Shown here piece by piece: positions 1 to 8,830 of a stretch of 52,223 nucleotides of DNA. The notes under the pieces are model-generated. The model ran no database searches and was not told the DNA's origin. It saw only the letters and a list, made by a program, of their open reading frames with translations. The stretch is from Luteolibacter sp. (GTDB taxonomy: Bacteria > Verrucomicrobiota > Verrucomicrobiia > Verrucomicrobiales > Akkermansiaceae): NCBI GenBank assembly GCA_036824745.1, contig DAISZP010000001.1, positions 1 to 52,223 of the forward strand, in the 5' to 3' direction. The number at the start of each line of letters is the position of its first letter. The first letter of the stretch is position 1. The translations under genes were made by a program, and so were the position numbers.

Positions 1-490
1 AACCAACCAAGCGCCGCCATACCAGCGGACCGATGCCTCGGCTCCGGTATTGAAACGGTAGCTCAATTCCGGACTAGACCACATATTGCGCGACCGCCTA
101 ACAGGCATGGATCTCGCAATATGATGGTCCAGCTCTCCGAGGGCTCTACGAATGCGAGGCATGGGCGTGCCGCCCTCCGCCCGTCGGCGGTTCCTCCCTG
201 CGTTAGGGCTCCGCCCCGACACCCCGGAATCGGAGCCAGGCCCGATGGTAGGAAGAGCAAACCGGCATTAAGCGAGGATAATGCCGCACATGACCGCGGA
301 AACCTCGGCAATAACGGACATAAATTACGGGCAAGAAGCAATTGGGAGGCATTTTCCCTTGGGTAATTGCCGACAGTCGTTCTCTGGGCGTCATTTAGGG
401 CAAAAATGCTCTTTTCTGTCCGTGCCGCTGAGCGAGACTGCCTGTCCGCCGAGATGCCAAGAGACTTTGAGAAGTCTCGATTGCCCGCTG

Positions 491-1567
491 TCAGGAGGTG
501 CTTTTCAACGCCTCCGCATACTCTCCGGCGATGTCGAAACCGATGTCTACCGACGGGTCAATCATCTTGAATCCGACGTATTCGATGCAGAGAAGCTGGA
601 GGCCGGAGAATTTACCGGGGAGGTTGCGCAGGATGTAGCGGGACGCAGGGTTCTCGACGGCAAGCCCTTTGGAACCCAGCATGCCGATCTCTAGGGTGAT
701 GCGCTTCACCTCCTCGTCCGGCAGTGCGGCGAATAAGCTCAGCGCTTCGCGGCAGAAATCGACCACATCTTGACGCAGCCCCAGCACTCCGGAACGAAGT
801 TTCAGACCAGTGATTCGGTTGCGCCCCAGCTCTGCTTTCTCGGAAAGCGATCCTCCGGGATCGAGGGCGATCACCCGGCTGTAAGCGATCTCCGCCTCAG
901 TCATTTCACCGGCCTGTTCAAGATTCATGGCAAGATTCAGCCACGCCTGCGGATCCTCCTGAAGTAGGACGACAGCAGCCTTGAGGTGAACCAGTCCTTC
1001 TTCCAGCCTGCCAACTTGGGATAGGGCCGCACCGAGGTTCTTGCGGGCGAGTCCGTCCTGGGCATTCCGTGCCACCGCTTGCCGGAAGGCCAAGATAGCC
1101 TCGTCCCACCGTCCGGCCCGGCCGCGGGCCACGCCAAGCGCGGTCCAAGCGCCCGGATTTCCGGGATGGAAGGTGATCAACCGTTCCAGCAGGTCGATGG
1201 CTTCATACGTCTCGCCCTGATCGCCGAGAGCCATGCCGAGGTTGAGCAAGGCATCCGCATCGTCGGGATTGCGGTCCAGAGCGAGCCGCAGCAGGGCAAC
1301 TCCCTTGCCGCTGTCGCCCTCCCGCAGGTGGGCCGCTCCCTGTTCGGTGATCGTGGTGGCAGTCGCCTCTTCTTTCCAGCGGATGATCACCCGGTCGTGG
1401 GTAACGGCGATTTCCGCCGCGCCTCCCTGCCCCACAAACTGCGTAGCGAGATGCTCGCGCACAGCATCGCGGAACGCGTCGCCTTCGAGATTGCGCTGCC
1501 CTTCCGGCAACTGCGAACGGTCAAACTCGGCGAGTGAAAACTGGATGTCGTGGGGTGAGTCAGCCAT
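491..1567 (-). CDS. Tetratricopeptide-repeat protein with a non-TPR C-terminal domain
   Basis: 358-aa ORF with about five TPR units (ALLNLGMAL, AWTALGVA, ARKNLGAAL, AWLNLAMNL). Start overlaps the stop of the upstream gene at 1567. Confidence 0.85.
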   Translation of the reverse strand: MADSPHDIQFSLAEFDRSQLPEGQRNLEGDAFRDAVREHLATQFVGQGGAAEIAVTHDRVIIRWKEEATATTITEQGAAHLREGDSGKGVALLRLALDRNPDDADALLNLGMALGDQGETYEAIDLLERLITFHPGNPGAWTALGVARGRAGRWDEAILAFRQAVARNAQDGLARKNLGAALSQVGRLEEGLVHLKAAVVLLQEDPQAWLNLAMNLEQAGEMTEAEIAYSRVIALDPGGSLSEKAELGRNRITGLKLRSGVLGLRQDVVDFCREALSLFAALPDEEVKRITLEIGMLGSKGLAVENPASRYILRNLPGKFSGLQLLCIEYVGFKMIDPSVDIGFDIAGEYAEALKSTS

Positions 1568-2316
1568 CAGTCCGCCTGCTTGGATTGGAGAGTGAAATGG
1601 TGGGCCCCGGTCAGTCCGAGGAGATCGCCCCAGCGTTCGACCAACGTCCGGTCGCCCGTTGGATCCGCTGGCACGTCGCCCAGCACGGCGAGCAGCTTGT
1701 CGGCGATCCCCTTGTATCCCAGCGCGGTGAAGGGAATGTTGAAGCGGGGGTCACCCAGCATCCCCGCCCAGTAGGACGCGAACGCCGCGTTCATCGAGGT
1801 GTTGGCATCCACGATGCCTTTCGGAAACTTGCCGCGGATTTCCGGAGCCAGGGCACGCTGGTTTTCGGCGAGCTGCGAGCGGATCTCAGATTCCTGTTGG
1901 GTGCGCAAACCCGGGAAATCGTGCCACAGCCATGTGTCCACCCGCAAACCGACCGGATAGGACCGGGTTTGGGTGCTGATTTGCCCGATCATCGCCCGGG
2001 CGAAATCGTCGTTGAAAACGTCCAGACCCATGGCGCGGATACCAGCATCCTGCTCGGCCTTGGTCGCGCCGATCTCCCAGCGTTCTTCCGAAGGCAGCGA
2101 CAAGGTACGGCACAGAAAGCCCAACTGACTCGCGACGAGGTAGTCGAGATTACCCGATCCGGGTTTGAAGCGGACCAAGTGCGCGGGAGCGCCGCGGCGG
2201 GCCTGTATCACGGTTGCCCGCAGCCTCATGCCCGGTTCCTCGGCAATGTGGACCGGCAGACCGGAGGAGTCTTCGATCTGCTGGATGAGTTGCTGGACTT
2301 CGGGAGAGAATGGCAT
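1567..2316 (-). CDS. Hypothetical protein translationally coupled to the TPR gene
   Basis: 249-aa ORF with ATG start, GC3-rich codons and a TGATG overlap with the TPR gene. Function not recognised. Confidence 0.75.
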   Translation of the reverse strand: MPFSPEVQQLIQQIEDSSGLPVHIAEEPGMRLRATVIQARRGAPAHLVRFKPGSGNLDYLVASQLGFLCRTLSLPSEERWEIGATKAEQDAGIRAMGLDVFNDDFARAMIGQISTQTRSYPVGLRVDTWLWHDFPGLRTQQESEIRSQLAENQRALAPEIRGKFPKGIVDANTSMNAAFASYWAGMLGDPRFNIPFTALGYKGIADKLLAVLGDVPADPTGDRTLVERWGDLLGLTGAHHFTLQSKQAD

Positions 2317-2491
2317 GGTGGCTCGGATTCAGACGCGACTGCGCCCGGACGGAAACTGGCAGTATGCCTGATCCATGGCAAGTCCGGCGGATTCGCTGGC
2401 CATCCCCCGCGGGTGCCCGTTAGGCTGTCGCCATTCCGGTGTTTCTCCCTTCCCGGTCCATGCAGATGAATTTCCGAACCTTTCGACAACC

Positions 2492-3001
2492 ATGATCCAG
2501 GAAAACGATGCCGTGGTCGTGATCTTCAGCAAGGAGCAAGTGCGCCAGCGCAAGATCGCGCATTTTCTGAAGCGGTTCGGCCCTTCAGCCGAATTGCCGG
2601 AAGGCCCGGAACTCGCGGCGATGATGAACAAGTTCCAGTTCATGGTTGATGGATGGAACGACGACCCACAGGAACTCTACGCCATCCCGGAGATCCGGAA
2701 GTTCTACCAGCACTTCCACAACGTGTGGCCCTACTGGTTTTTCTTCTGCGACCTCCGCACCGAGACGCTCCAGATGATGACGCTCTGCCTGCTGCCCAAC
2801 CTCAGCGGCTACAAGCGCGCGGGCGAACCTCTGGCGAAGGTGGAATACGATCCGATGGACCTGATCCATTTCATTCAGAAAAACTTCGGCCCGCTCAACG
2901 CGATGATGGAGCGCGCCGGGATGAGTGAGATGGACATCTACAACCGGACCCGGGACGTGTTCCTCTACTACGGGCTGCCGTATGACGCGCCTGCGCCATA
3001 A
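2492..3001 (+). CDS. CRR6/DUF1817-like domain protein
   Basis: Motif GWNDDPQELYAIPEIRKF...WPYWFFF resembles the CRR6-family D-P-x-E-L-x-x-I-P-E-[IV]-R signature. ATG 2492 preferred over the longer ORF start at 2375. Confidence 0.65.
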   Translation: MIQENDAVVVIFSKEQVRQRKIAHFLKRFGPSAELPEGPELAAMMNKFQFMVDGWNDDPQELYAIPEIRKFYQHFHNVWPYWFFFCDLRTETLQMMTLCLLPNLSGYKRAGEPLAKVEYDPMDLIHFIQKNFGPLNAMMERAGMSEMDIYNRTRDVFLYYGLPYDAPAP

Positions 3002-3110
3002 CCTCGTTAGCGGCTCTCAGAACATAGCATTTTCTGCGAATTCCCCCGCTGAATTTGCTGTCTGATTTGGATTGTCAGCTGCTCTCCATTCGAGACAATA
3101 CTTGAAAAAA

Positions 3111-3128
3111 ATCAGGATTAGTCCTGAT
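3111..3128. promoter_or_regulatory. Inverted repeat ATCAGGA-N4-TCCTGAT upstream of the RHS-A operon (candidate operator)
   Basis: Perfect 7-bp arms in the AT-rich intergenic region before 3164/3191. Confidence 0.35.
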
Positions 3129-3190
3129 CCGAATCATCGTCACGAACTTCAATATTCCTCCCCATGAATGATCGGCGGCCGGGTTCCTCC

Positions 3191-3661
3191 ATGCGCATAA
3201 AGCTGTTGATTGCTTTGCTCGCAGTCGCAGTTGGTTGCACGGTCCTCTGGTGGAAATCAGGCGATTCAAAACGGCAGTCGCTGAATGCTCTGGCACAACT
3301 TGAGGAAATCATCACTGATTCCAATCGAACCATACCTCGTGAGCTTGTCGTTCTGCCTGAGGTTGCCAAATCCAAATCCCAGGCAGAGTGTGACCAGTGG
3401 TTGCGGGAGGTTCTTCGCGAAGAACTCTCCAAAGAAGGGATCCGGGAACTGAAGCAATCCGCCCGCTTCGGACCGTTGAAGGAGGTATTTCCCGAATCCG
3501 CCGCGAAATGGGCGGAATCCGCGGGTGCCCGTGCCGACGACAGCTTTGCATTCCGCATGGACCGCAATGGGGTGACGGCAGAGGTCGTGCTCGTGCCCGG
3601 ATCGGATGGATTTCGAATCTCCCGCTGCAACAATGTGAAACAAATGGCCGAGCTTCCCTGA
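3191..3661 (+). CDS. Small membrane-anchored or exported hypothetical protein, first gene of the RHS-A operon
   Basis: N-terminal hydrophobic segment MRIKLLIALLAVAVGCTVLWW. Stop lies 2 bp before the RHS ATG. Alternative start 3164. Confidence 0.7.
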   Translation: MRIKLLIALLAVAVGCTVLWWKSGDSKRQSLNALAQLEEIITDSNRTIPRELVVLPEVAKSKSQAECDQWLREVLREELSKEGIRELKQSARFGPLKEVFPESAAKWAESAGARADDSFAFRMDRNGVTAEVVLVPGSDGFRISRCNNVKQMAELP

Positions 3662-3663
3662 TT

Positions 3664-6600
3664 ATGAACATGCGTCGCCACATTCTGTCCCTAGTCGGCA
3701 TTCTCGTCGCCGGAGCCCCGTCTATCGGAACCACCGCAACCTTCGATGGCGCGGCCCGCCTCTCAGTGGCAGATACGACTCAGTCTCTCACCTGGCATGC
3801 CGCATCGAATGCGCTCACGGTTTCCTGCTGGATCAAGTTCAGCATCCCAACAGGCGTGAACCTCACCGAGAATATGATGATTCTCACGGATCGGAACACC
3901 GGGACCTGGTCCAGCAACCAGCTCGTTGAGAATCACTCCTATGCAATCTATTGGAGCAGCACGTCGGGAAACATCGAATTCAGTTCCCGAGGTCCTGGCG
4001 GTTACTACGGAAAATCGCTGGTCCAAAGCCCGTTCTTGGAACGGTGGTATCACCTTGCAGTCGTCCGCAATGGTTCGCAGGTGACCGGGTATGTCGACGG
4101 ACGCCGGGTGTTCTTTGACGCGATTTCCGTGGGCGACAGCAAGTCCACCGACGGCATGTCGATCGGTGGAATCGGCACCGGAATGTATCTCCGGGGTGAG
4201 GTGCAAGAGGCACAGGTCTTTCGCTACGCCCTCGATCAGCCAACCATCTCTGACAACCGTTTTCAGGATCTCCTGCCCGGGGACTGGTCTTCATTGATGG
4301 GTTACTACAAATTGGCATACTCCGCCGACCCGGCCAACCATCTTCGGAACCACGCGGCAAGTCCGGCCGCGGGAACCAATCCCGCCACCAAATCCGGATC
4401 GGGAACCGTTGGATTCGAGGAATCCAACCGGGACGGAGAGCAATCCCTGTTCGACTCTACGAAGAACGGCGGCAAGGACACGATCAGCCCCCTTGCGGGT
4501 GGCTTCGACTGGAGTCAGACGATTTTCTCGCGCCCGACTCCCGGTGTCCCTTTCAATTTCGCAATCAGCTACAGCAGTGGAAACGCGTTCAATAAGGTCC
4601 CTCTCCAGGATTTCGACGCCTATGCGCCGGCCACTTTGGGCGAGGGCTGGAGGCATTCCTTTGAGATCCGGGTGCTGCCGAACCTTGCCTTCAATCCTGG
4701 AGGAACCCAACAGGCCCTTGGGTTGATGATCGCAGATGGGAGCATCGAGACGTGGGACTACGCAGGAAGTGCGGATGGGAAATCGATCTATAAACCCCGA
4801 CATAAGGAGTATCGGGGAGAGTTGGAGTTCATCGGTTCCGGACCTTCGGATCCGAATGCCGTCGTTCGTTGGATCACCCCGGAGCGTCTCATCTACGACT
4901 TCAGGTCTCCCAACCTGAACGGCGCGACCGCCGGACGTCTCAAGCAAATCAGGGATCTCAATGGCAACCACCTCGATGTTTCGTTCTGGGAAACCGGAGA
5001 GAAAGCCGGTGCGGTCAAATCCGTGACCGACACTTCCGGCGGAATCTGGGATTTCAGTTACAATGCACAGAACCGCCTGCAATCCGTGAGCGGCCTCGGG
5101 TGGGCGGTCACTTTCACCTATGACGCCAACAACCGGCTTTCGGGTCGGTCCATTACGGGTCCCGCTGCCTACACAGTTCCCGCCTCCACGAGCTGGCAGT
5201 TTCTCTACACCACGGCCGCACCTGTTGGCCTGCTGTATCTGGTAAAAAACCCACGGAATCTTCGGGACATCGAAGTCTCCTATGACAAATACGGTCGGAA
5301 GACCTCGGAGGTGGACGGAGAGAATCGAATCACCACCTTCCAATACAACGTGCCAAACCTCCGGCAGATGACCACCACCCGGCAGGCGGCTGCGAGTCCG
5401 AATACCGCCAATGATCGGACCGTGGTGGATACCTTCGACCGCAAGCTCCGGGTGCTGAATCACAGGGACGCCATGGGTTTCCAGACGGGCTTCGAATATG
5501 ACGATTCCGGCAATCTCACCGCCGCCATAGACTCGAAGGGAAACCGGACAACGATGACCTACGATTCCCGGGCGAATGTGCTGACGACAACGGATCCGCT
5601 CGGAAGAACGACCCGCCGGGAATACAACCATGTTCTCGCCGGGGGCATCCCTCACAACGAGCCCACCAAGGAAATCCGGCCGGCGACCGAAGAGGCTCCG
5701 AATGGCTGGGAAAACCGTTTCACCTACGATGCGGCAGGCAATCTGCGCTTCCACATCGACGACATCGGCACGCTGGCCGAGCACATATACGACAGCAAAG
5801 GACTGGTAACCAGCTCCAAGGACGGGAACGGTCACGAATCACGCTTCGGTTACGACTCGAGGGGCTTCTTGAATTCGCGCACCCTCGCCTACGGCACGCC
5901 TCAGCAAGCCACGTGGACGATCACTCCCAACGAACTGGGATGGCCGCTTGAGGAAATCAATCCACTCAATCAACCAACACGTCTCGCCTACAACCTCTAC
6001 GGTCAGGTCGTCCGGACTGAGGACGCCATCGGGCGGATCTTCACCAAGACTTACGACGCCAACGGCAACCTGACCGAGCAATCCGATGGGAATGGGTTGC
6101 TGACAAGTTTCCACTACAACAACGCAGATGATCGTGACTGGATGAAGGATCGATTGGGAAACCAATGGGACTACGAATTCAACTCGTTCGGCGAGCCTAC
6201 CAAGACTACTGGGCCTACTGTTCTGTCCGACGGGACTACCCAACGAGACGCATTCACCAACAGCTACGACCTCAATGGCCGCTTGGTGAAGATAACCGAT
6301 CCCTACAGCGACTTTGTTTCCTTCGAATACGACTCCAACGGGAACCAGACCGCCTCCATCGACAAGCTCGGGAAGCGTTGGGAAAAAGCCTATGATGCGC
6401 TCGACCGAGTCGTCGCCGAACGCGATCCGGAAGGGAACATCAAGGGAGTGTCCTTTGACGCCGCGGGGCGGATCAAGGTGGTCACGACGCCCAACGGCCA
6501 TCCATCCATCCACGCCTACGACGGACGCAGTCGCCTCAAGACTTGGACGGACGCCGAGGGCTACCGCTGGATTTATAATTACGATGGCGTTGGAAACATC

Positions 6601-8790
6601 CTGGACATTGAGGACGCGCTTCATGGCCATTATGTGATGACCTACGGCCCGCGCAACGAGCGACTGACCGAGCTGAATCAGGATCAGAAATCCTGGACAT
6701 ACACCTACGATCCACTCGTCCGCCTCAAGACCCAGCTCGACCCGAACGGCACCCACAGGACCTTGAGCTACGACGAGGTCGGCCGCCTCGCTTCTGTCGA
6801 ATTCCAAACCGGCCGGATCAATTCGCTCGGCTACGACAACAACAACAACGTGATCAGCGTGATCCGCACCCAACCGGGCAAGCCATCCACCGCACTTTAT
6901 CTGGACTACGATGACCTCGACCGCCTCGTCGAAAGCCGCGACACGTTCTCGAAAACAGTTCGTTATTCCTATGACGTTCTCAGCCGGATCAAAACCAAAA
7001 CCTACCCCGGCGGAAAGGTGCTCACGCAAACCTACGACCGGTTGGGCCGCGTCAAGGGACTGAGCTTCGCTTACTCAGCATCGCAGAACTACGCGTGTTC
7101 ATTCACCTATGACAAGGAGGGCCGCATTACCAGTCGGACCTACCCGAATGGCATCACCCAGACTAACGGCTTCGACGACTCCGGGCGGATCAAGACGCTC
7201 GATTACAAGACCAGCGGTGGCTCCAGCCTGATTGCACTCGACTACGCCTACGACCGCAACGGCAACAAGGTGGGTGGTTCGGAGCAGGACACGCTCGATT
7301 GGCAGGCGGGAGCCACCCCCAATTACGACGAGAAAACACGCTTCACGGCGGCAGGAAAGCTCATCGACCGCACCGACGAGGAACCACCTGTACCGAAGGT
7401 GATGAACTACACCTACGACGACAGCGGCAACATGACCCTGGCATCCGCTCCCGGCGAATCGTATGCGCTCACTTACGACGAGGACAACCGCACGACCACG
7501 ATCCACTGGGAGAACGGCCTGGCTCCCCGTCACATTGAAAACCGCTACGACGCCCTTGGTCGCCGGGTCTCACGCAAGGCCGACGGCATCGAAACCCGCT
7601 ACGTCCTGGACCTCGCCGGTGGCATGGAACGAATTCTCTGCGACACGGATACCGCCGGAAACATCAAAGCATGGTATATTCACGCGACGGACCTCTGCTT
7701 CAAGGTTTCGAATTCGGGTGCCCTGACCTGTTACCACTCCGACGCCATGGGGAATGTCGTGCGGACCACGGATGGAGCCGCGGCAACCGTGAACCAGTAT
7801 GCCTACACGCCTTATGGTCGTAGCCTTGATCTGGCGGATAGCGCACCTGATTCCGATCCATTCCGGTTCGTGGGATCACAGGGCGTGATGCTGGAAATGC
7901 CGGGGCTCTATTTCATGCGGGCACGCTACTACTCGGCGGAAGCCGGAGTTTTCCTAGCAACCGACCCAGTGAAGAATATCGGCGCAGGATGGAAACCTAG
8001 CTTCTATTCCTACGCGGATGGAAACCCATTCTCAGGAATCGACCCTACCGGACTTGTAACAGCCTCGTTGAAAGGAGAAATTGATCTTTATTCCCCTGGG
8101 GCCGGTTTCAGCATTTCGGCAGGAGGAGGGTTTAATGCTGATGAGAGTTACAATCAATCCTACGAGTTTTCGGTTTCAGGGAATTACGAAATTGGCACCC
8201 CCTTGCCTGGAACCCATTTTGATTTCGTCCATTTTTCACAGGGTGACACTGCTGCAAATACCGGGGGAGGCGAAATTGATGCTAAAATAAAGGCATGCCT
8301 ACACTTGGGTGTAGGCGGTTGCGTCTCATGGAGTCCCTTCAATGGCTTTGGAGCTTCGATTGGACTGGGTTTGGATGCTAAAGCAACTCTTAGTGCGGGG
8401 GGCGGGGCAACGTGGAAATTTCTCCGCAATTCGGGGAATAACTCATCTTCTGGAAAGCCCCCTCCAACAACAACTATAGGGCCTGTTTCATCGGCCCCGA
8501 AAGCTGGTGCCTACGCAAACAATATAAATTACCAACAACTGGAAAAGCCCAAGCCCCCATCGAAATCCGATTACCAAAAGGTAAACGAAAAAATTCGCGG
8601 ATACCAAAACAAGGTCGATGCCGCCAACGAGAAAATCGACAAACTTAGAGACAAAATCCGGGATTACAGGAAGAAAGGCAAAGACACAGAGAAGCTTCGA
8701 AACAAACTCAACGACTTGAAGGACGACAGAAATGACTCGAAGAAGAAACGGGACAAATACAAGGAGAAGAAAAAGAACATGAAGAAATGA
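3664..8790 (+). CDS. RHS/YD-repeat protein A: signal peptide, LamG-like domain, DUF6531-like domain, YD shell, RHS core, variable C-terminal tip
   Basis: Signal peptide MNMRRHILSLVGILVAGA. LamG motifs LTVSCWIK, WYHLAVV, YVDG. DUF6531-like FNFAISYSS..LGEGWRHSF. Many YD repeats. Core ARYYSAEAGVFLATDP...GNPFSGIDPTG. The ORF-track start at 3397 overlaps the upstream gene and was not used. Confidence 0.93.
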   Translation: MNMRRHILSLVGILVAGAPSIGTTATFDGAARLSVADTTQSLTWHAASNALTVSCWIKFSIPTGVNLTENMMILTDRNTGTWSSNQLVENHSYAIYWSSTSGNIEFSSRGPGGYYGKSLVQSPFLERWYHLAVVRNGSQVTGYVDGRRVFFDAISVGDSKSTDGMSIGGIGTGMYLRGEVQEAQVFRYALDQPTISDNRFQDLLPGDWSSLMGYYKLAYSADPANHLRNHAASPAAGTNPATKSGSGTVGFEESNRDGEQSLFDSTKNGGKDTISPLAGGFDWSQTIFSRPTPGVPFNFAISYSSGNAFNKVPLQDFDAYAPATLGEGWRHSFEIRVLPNLAFNPGGTQQALGLMIADGSIETWDYAGSADGKSIYKPRHKEYRGELEFIGSGPSDPNAVVRWITPERLIYDFRSPNLNGATAGRLKQIRDLNGNHLDVSFWETGEKAGAVKSVTDTSGGIWDFSYNAQNRLQSVSGLGWAVTFTYDANNRLSGRSITGPAAYTVPASTSWQFLYTTAAPVGLLYLVKNPRNLRDIEVSYDKYGRKTSEVDGENRITTFQYNVPNLRQMTTTRQAAASPNTANDRTVVDTFDRKLRVLNHRDAMGFQTGFEYDDSGNLTAAIDSKGNRTTMTYDSRANVLTTTDPLGRTTRREYNHVLAGGIPHNEPTKEIRPATEEAPNGWENRFTYDAAGNLRFHIDDIGTLAEHIYDSKGLVTSSKDGNGHESRFGYDSRGFLNSRTLAYGTPQQATWTITPNELGWPLEEINPLNQPTRLAYNLYGQVVRTEDAIGRIFTKTYDANGNLTEQSDGNGLLTSFHYNNADDRDWMKDRLGNQWDYEFNSFGEPTKTTGPTVLSDGTTQRDAFTNSYDLNGRLVKITDPYSDFVSFEYDSNGNQTASIDKLGKRWEKAYDALDRVVAERDPEGNIKGVSFDAAGRIKVVTTPNGHPSIHAYDGRSRLKTWTDAEGYRWIYNYDGVGNILDIEDALHGHYVMTYGPRNERLTELNQDQKSWTYTYDPLVRLKTQLDPNGTHRTLSYDEVGRLASVEFQTGRINSLGYDNNNNVISVIRTQPGKPSTALYLDYDDLDRLVESRDTFSKTVRYSYDVLSRIKTKTYPGGKVLTQTYDRLGRVKGLSFAYSASQNYACSFTYDKEGRITSRTYPNGITQTNGFDDSGRIKTLDYKTSGGSSLIALDYAYDRNGNKVGGSEQDTLDWQAGATPNYDEKTRFTAAGKLIDRTDEEPPVPKVMNYTYDDSGNMTLASAPGESYALTYDEDNRTTTIHWENGLAPRHIENRYDALGRRVSRKADGIETRYVLDLAGGMERILCDTDTAGNIKAWYIHATDLCFKVSNSGALTCYHSDAMGNVVRTTDGAAATVNQYAYTPYGRSLDLADSAPDSDPFRFVGSQGVMLEMPGLYFMRARYYSAEAGVFLATDPVKNIGAGWKPSFYSYADGNPFSGIDPTGLVTASLKGEIDLYSPGAGFSISAGGGFNADESYNQSYEFSVSGNYEIGTPLPGTHFDFVHFSQGDTAANTGGGEIDAKIKACLHLGVGGCVSWSPFNGFGASIGLGLDAKATLSAGGGATWKFLRNSGNNSSSGKPPPTTTIGPVSSAPKAGAYANNINYQQLEKPKPPSKSDYQKVNEKIRGYQNKVDAANEKIDKLRDKIRDYRKKGKDTEKLRNKLNDLKDDRNDSKKKRDKYKEKKKNMKK

Positions 8791-8830
8791 CCGCCGTGCC
8801 TTTAAACGTTCGGCACACTTTCCAGCCATC

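Noticed and set aside
1..490. Short overlapping ORFs and a 7-bp hairpin at 461-478
   Set aside because: No recognisable motifs in the ORFs. The hairpin is weak and lacks a U-tract.
3397..3663. ORF-track N-terminal extension of RHS-A
   Set aside because: Overlaps the 3191-3661 gene in another frame. The signal peptide begins at 3664/3670.
4291..7533. Long antisense ORFs within RHS-A (similar ones occur in RHS-B, dndD and the methyltransferase)
   Set aside because: Shadow frames expected from GC3-biased coding on the opposite strand.
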